Assembly: GCA_012839805.1 (NCBI GenBank)
Contig: DUMU01000035.1
Coordinates: 105,296 to 169,295 of the forward strand
Direction of reading: 5' to 3'
DNA: 64,000 bases
Source: Bacillota bacterium
Lineage (GTDB): Bacteria > Bacillota > Limnochordia > Limnochordales > DUMU01
Numbering within the stretch: position 1 is the first letter of the stretch; each line of letters begins with the position of its first letter. The position numbers and the translations under genes are program-made. Below the pieces are notes generated by a model that saw only the letters and a program-made list of their open reading frames with translations, did no database searches and was not told where the DNA came from. Below are positions 60,336 through 64,000 of this stretch, one piece after another.

Positions 60336-61064
60336 ATGGACGAACGGCAGCCGCGATCAGGGCAACCTCCGGAGCTGCGGTTTCAGGATGGGTTAATCCC
60401 GGCCGTGGTTCAGGACGTGGAAACCGGCCAGGTGCTGATGCTCGCCTACATGAATGAAGAGTCCCTGCGCCGGACGCTGGCCGAGAGGCGTACGTGGTTT
60501 TGGAGTCGCTCCCGCCAGGCGTTGTGGCCCAAAGGCGAGACCAGCGGCAATGTCCAGCAGGTGGTCTCGGTGACGCTGGACTGCGACGGCGATGCGCTGC
60601 TCGTCAAAGTGAGGCAGCAAGGAACGGGCGCCTGCCACGAGGGAGACTTCTCCTGCTTCCACTACCCGGTGGAACTGCCTGCTCCTGCTCCCGTCCCGCC
60701 ATCCGCCAGCTCAGGAGAGGGCTCACGAGAGCGCCCAGGAGCAGAGGAGGACGAGCCTCGTGAGGCCGGGGGCGACCTTGACGGGGCGGAAATCCTGGCC
60801 GAGCTCTGGCAGGTGATCGGTGAACGAAAGCAGCATCCCGCTCCGGAGTCGTACACCAGTCGTCTGTTCGAGCAAGGGGTCGCCCGGATAGCCCAAAAGG
60901 TGGGAGAGGAAGCTGTGGAGACGGCCATCGAGGCCGTGCGAGGGAATCCCGGCGGCGTCGCTTATGAAGCCGCCGACCTCATCTATCACCTGCTGGTGCT
61001 CCTGGCAACCAGCGGTATCTCCCCCCGGCAGGTCTTTGCCGAACTGCGCTCCCGCCGCCGCTAG
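60336..61064 (+). CDS. hisIE: bifunctional phosphoribosyl-AMP cyclohydrolase / phosphoribosyl-ATP pyrophosphatase
   Basis: The HisI part reads [38 protein letters not shown] and [16 protein letters not shown]. An acidic/Pro linker follows. The HisE part reads [23 protein letters not shown] and [13 protein letters not shown]. Confidence 0.93.
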   Translation: MDERQPRSGQPPELRFQDGLIPAVVQDVETGQVLMLAYMNEESLRRTLAERRTWFWSRSRQALWPKGETSGNVQQVVSVTLDCDGDALLVKVRQQGTGACHEGDFSCFHYPVELPAPAPVPPSASSGEGSRERPGAEEDEPREAGGDLDGAEILAELWQVIGERKQHPAPESYTSRLFEQGVARIAQKVGEEAVETAIEAVRGNPGGVAYEAADLIYHLLVLLATSGISPRQVFAELRSRRR

Positions 61065-61105
61065 ATCGACCGGGACGGGTCAGCGGGACCGGTCGCCGGG
61101 AGGGG

Positions 61106-61909
61106 TCAAGGCAGGGCTGCGAGCACGGGTCGGACGGCCTCGGCGAACGCTTCGGGCTGTTCCAGGGCGGTAAGGTGGCCGGCCTCCGGGATGCGCGCGA
61201 GGGTTGCCCCCGGAATGCGAGCGGCCATGGCCTCGGCCTCGGCGGGCGGCGAAAACTCGTCCTCTTCGCCCACGATGACCACGGTAGGCACGTTGATCGT
61301 GGGCAAGAGCTCGGTGGAATCGGGGCGCGCGGCCATGGCCAGCGAGGCTGCGATCATGCCCTCGACCGGGTTCTGCATGATCCAGTCGCGAAGCTGAGTA
61401 ATCAGGTCGGGACGCCGGGTTCGGCTGGTGGGCCCGATGAGCCGGGGCACGAACTGCTCCACGGCCGCGGCCGGGCCTTCGGCTTTGAGCCTTTCGACGA
61501 GGCGGAAGCGGTTCTCGCGGGCGGCGGGTGAGTCGGCGGTGGCCCTGGTATCGGCAAGGATCAGGCCGGCGACCCGTTCGCGGTGACGCCGCCAGGTGGC
61601 GAGCACGATGTAACCGCCCATGGAGAGCCCGCCGAAGACGGCCCGCCGGACTCCGAGGTTTTCCAGGAAATGAACGACCGCGTCGGCATAAGCGTCGAGC
61701 GAAGAAAGCTCGAGGCCTGGTACCCCGGTCATCGGGGTTCCGCCGAAGCCCGGGAGGTCGGGGGCAATCACCCGGGCTGCCTTCTCCAGCAAACGCACTT
61801 GCTCTTCCCACATTGCCTTCTGTAGCGGGAAGGCATGCAGAAGCACCAGCGGCATCCCTGCCGACCTGGAGTCAAGATATGACCAGCCGGATGCTCGTTC
61901 CTTATCCAT
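61106..61909 (-). CDS. alpha/beta-fold hydrolase
   Basis: Contains PLVLLHAFPL, APDLPGFGG and the nucleophile elbow GLSMGG. The start is ATG 61909 (MDKERASGW), or further upstream to 61966. Confidence 0.8.
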   Translation of the reverse strand: MDKERASGWSYLDSRSAGMPLVLLHAFPLQKAMWEEQVRLLEKAARVIAPDLPGFGGTPMTGVPGLELSSLDAYADAVVHFLENLGVRRAVFGGLSMGGYIVLATWRRHRERVAGLILADTRATADSPAARENRFRLVERLKAEGPAAAVEQFVPRLIGPTSRTRRPDLITQLRDWIMQNPVEGMIAASLAMAARPDSTELLPTINVPTVVIVGEEDEFSPPAEAEAMAARIPGATLARIPEAGHLTALEQPEAFAEAVRPVLAALP

Positions 61910-62758
61910 CCTTGTCTCTCGCCACCTATCCTTTCCATGCTCCATGCCGTATCTTATCCCGTACATCCGCCGGGCTCAACTCAGGTTCCGGGCATAGTTG
62001 GTGTTCTTGGGACGGAAGGCCGGCTGGTGGCCGGCGGGCGAGGCGAGGGGGGGCGCGGCGCCGTAGGAAAACGTGCTGAGCGGTGAATATCCATGCAGCC
62101 GGTGCGATATGAAAGCGCACATATAACACCTCTACCGGCAGTCGGCCTTCCCTGCCTCAAGTGCACCCGCATACAAATGGAATGTAACCTTTTTCTGAAC
62201 TGCCTGCCAAGTGAGCAAACTCCGCGCGGTCGACCGGTTCACGCTGGGCCTGAACCAGAATCCGAACGATCGGGAAAACCGGGAAACGGTAAAATGCGGC
62301 TTTTCTAACTGAATAAGGCAGCTCAGGATGCTTGCGCGCAGCTGCAGCTAGAAAACGTTCGACTTACTCCGAACGATGTCTCGTTGCCATCCCCCAATCG
62401 TTCGGCTTGTGGGCTCCTGCCAAAGGAACGCAGTGAAACAAGGCAGTGAAACAAGGAGATGCTGCAACGTTCGCCGCTCTGAGACCTAGTGCCGAGGACT
62501 TTTCAGCTGCCGCGCGAATTGCCGCGGCAATACCCAAAGGTTGCTGACGAAGGTGGCATGAGCCGGCTGACGAGAGGAGCTGGTCGGGAGCGTCTCCGGT
62601 CGCAGGTAAAAGCTTCGCACGCCCGGGGCGTTCCTCGTTTTCGCGCGGGCATGGTAAACTCCGTAGCGGTTCAAGCGGAGTGAACCAGGTGCCGCCATGG
62701 GAATTAGGCAGCGGTCATGAAGCCATAAGCCTGGTGAAGTTATGAGTACGGTGAGGTC

Positions 62759-63694
62759 ATGAGGGCGGTGAAAGCCGTGAGCGTTCTTGACATGCTCTCG
62801 TCCTGTGAGATCTGCCCGCTTCGCTGCCGGGTGAACCGCCTGGCGGGCCAAGCCGGGGGCTGCCGGGTAACCGGTCCGAACGTGCTCGTGGCTTCGGCCC
62901 AGCTGCACTACTGGGAAGAACCCTGCATAAGCGGTACTCGGGGCTCGGGCACGGTCTTTTTCGGCTCGTGCAACCTGCGTTGTGTGTTTTGTCAGAACTA
63001 TGAGATCAGCCAGGTGCGTACCGGCCGTGAACTTACCCCCTCACAGCTTTCCCGGGTTTTCCTGCGCCTGCAAGAGGCGGGTGCTCATAACGTGAACCTG
63101 GTTTCCCCCACCCATTTCCTGCCCCAGGTGGTGCTGGCGCTCCGGCAAGCCCGAAGCGAAGGGCTCACTATTCCGGTAGTTTATAACAGTAACGCTTATG
63201 AATTGCCTTCCGCTCTCCGCCACCTGGAAGGGCTGGTGGATGTCTACCTGCCCGACCTCAAGTATGCGAGCGAAGGGCCGCATGCGCCGGCCCGTCGGTA
63301 CTCCCGGGCGCCCGGGTACTTTGCGGCGGCCACCGCCGCCATCCTGGAGATGTACCGGCAGGTAGGCGCTCCGGAGTTCGATAGGGAAGGGTTGATTCGG
63401 CGGGGGCTAATCATCCGGCATTTGGTGCTTCCCGGGCTGCTCGACGAGACCAAAGCGGTACTGAAGTGGATCGCCGAGAAGCTGCCGCGTACGGTTCACG
63501 TGAGCTTGATGGCTCAATACGTTCCGGTCTACCGGGCCTTCCGGTTTCCGGAGATCAACCGGACCTTGACGAGCGCCGAGTACGAAGAGGCGTTGAACTA
63601 TTTCGACTCCCTCGGCCTCGAGAATGGCTACCGCCAGGAACTGGGCGCGGCCGACGAGAGTTTCATCCCTCCTTTTGACGTGAGCCTGGCTTAG
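62759..63694 (+). CDS. radical SAM protein, PflX-like (pyruvate formate-lyase activase-related)
   Basis: The N-terminal Cys cluster is CEICPLRCRVNR..GGCRV, followed by WEEPCISG. The radical SAM motif is CNLRCVFCQN. Confidence 0.85.
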   Translation: MRAVKAVSVLDMLSSCEICPLRCRVNRLAGQAGGCRVTGPNVLVASAQLHYWEEPCISGTRGSGTVFFGSCNLRCVFCQNYEISQVRTGRELTPSQLSRVFLRLQEAGAHNVNLVSPTHFLPQVVLALRQARSEGLTIPVVYNSNAYELPSALRHLEGLVDVYLPDLKYASEGPHAPARRYSRAPGYFAAATAAILEMYRQVGAPEFDREGLIRRGLIIRHLVLPGLLDETKAVLKWIAEKLPRTVHVSLMAQYVPVYRAFRFPEINRTLTSAEYEEALNYFDSLGLENGYRQELGAADESFIPPFDVSLA

Positions 63695-63826
63695 CGGCCG
63701 CAAGAAAACGCGCAAGAACTTCACCGGGGCGGTGGCCTGGATTCCCCTTCCTGGTATGCCGATCTATCGCGAAGGAGACTTCGTCGCGCTGGCGAACCCA
63801 AAAGGGTCTCAAGGAGGGGGAAGGGC

Positions 63827-64000
63827 ATGTTTTGGCGGCACGGGGCAACTGGCAATCGTGACCGCTCACGGCCATGGCGGTCGCGTCTCCTGCGAACCGG
63901 GTTGACCGTGGGGGTCGTACTTCTGGCGGCCGGATGTGGGGGGGGAGCGCCTCCCGGCACGGAGCCGTACGATGTCTCGGGACGGGTTCAGAACCTCGCT
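63827..64000 (+). CDS. putative lipoprotein, 5' fragment (runs off the window)
   Basis: AAGGAGGGGG lies 6 nt before ATG 63827. Translated by hand as MFWRHGATGNRDRSRPWRSRLLRTGLTVGVVLLAAGCGGGAPPG, with a lipobox LAAG-C. It is not in the ORF track because no stop lies in the window. Confidence 0.5.
   Translation, partial: MFWRHGATGNRDRSRPWRSRLLRTGLTVGVVLLAAGCGGGAPPGTEPYDVSGRVQNLA

Noticed and set aside
62660-62745. GTGAACCAGGT... segment, considered as SRP (4.5S/scRNA) domain IV
   Set aside because: Only about 11 nt resemble the conserved helix-8 flank. The GGAA tetraloop and AGCA symmetric-loop context do not fit, and the surrounding Alu/helix-5 pairing is absent.

Overview
High-GC (roughly two-thirds G+C by eye) chromosomal segment. 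Gene content and order are of the Firmicutes/Clostridia type: glnR-glnA, tsaE-tsaB-rimI, hpt-guaA and hisZ-G-D-B-(H+A)-F-IE. I support about 50 real CDS. Most other ORFs in the six-frame track are GC-driven shadow ORFs, either antisense to or frame-shifted from real genes. Two real genes run off the window edges and are missing from the track: 1-1867 on the minus strand and 63827-64000 on the plus strand. I saw no transposase, integrase, phage, CRISPR, tRNA or rRNA genes. The functional blocks are: (i) nitrogen, with two diverged type-I glutamine synthetases, a GlnR-like MerR regulator and nadE; (ii) a galactoside/glycan locus with a ROK regulator, GH2, a solute-binding protein, GH35 and a NamZ-like DUF1343 protein; (iii) envelope and signalling, with an OmpR/HK pair, a TamB/AsmA-like protein, an HD-GYP/GAF/GGDEF protein, a fused MFS/spermidine-synthase and HtrA; (iv) two paralogous signal-peptide proteins that end in textbook outer-membrane beta-barrel C-terminal signals; (v) sugar-phosphate metabolism, t6A genes, a solitary mazF, purine salvage and a complete his operon. 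The observations most worth a second look are these. The porin-like pair has homologous long leaders that carry a STAB-SD-like element, and other diderm envelope signatures (TamB-like, AMIN) sit in the same Firmicutes-like context. hisH and hisA lie in one ORF. An intact MazF has no adjacent antitoxin. The htrA gene is flanked by unusually long, ORF-free, repeat-built GC-rich intergenic regions that share a 15-nt palindromic motif. A small signal-peptide-like ORF carries an in-frame TGA at codon 3. Many housekeeping enzymes carry Gly/Pro/Ala/Arg-rich low-complexity insertions. All functional calls come from reading motifs in the translations. No database search was run.
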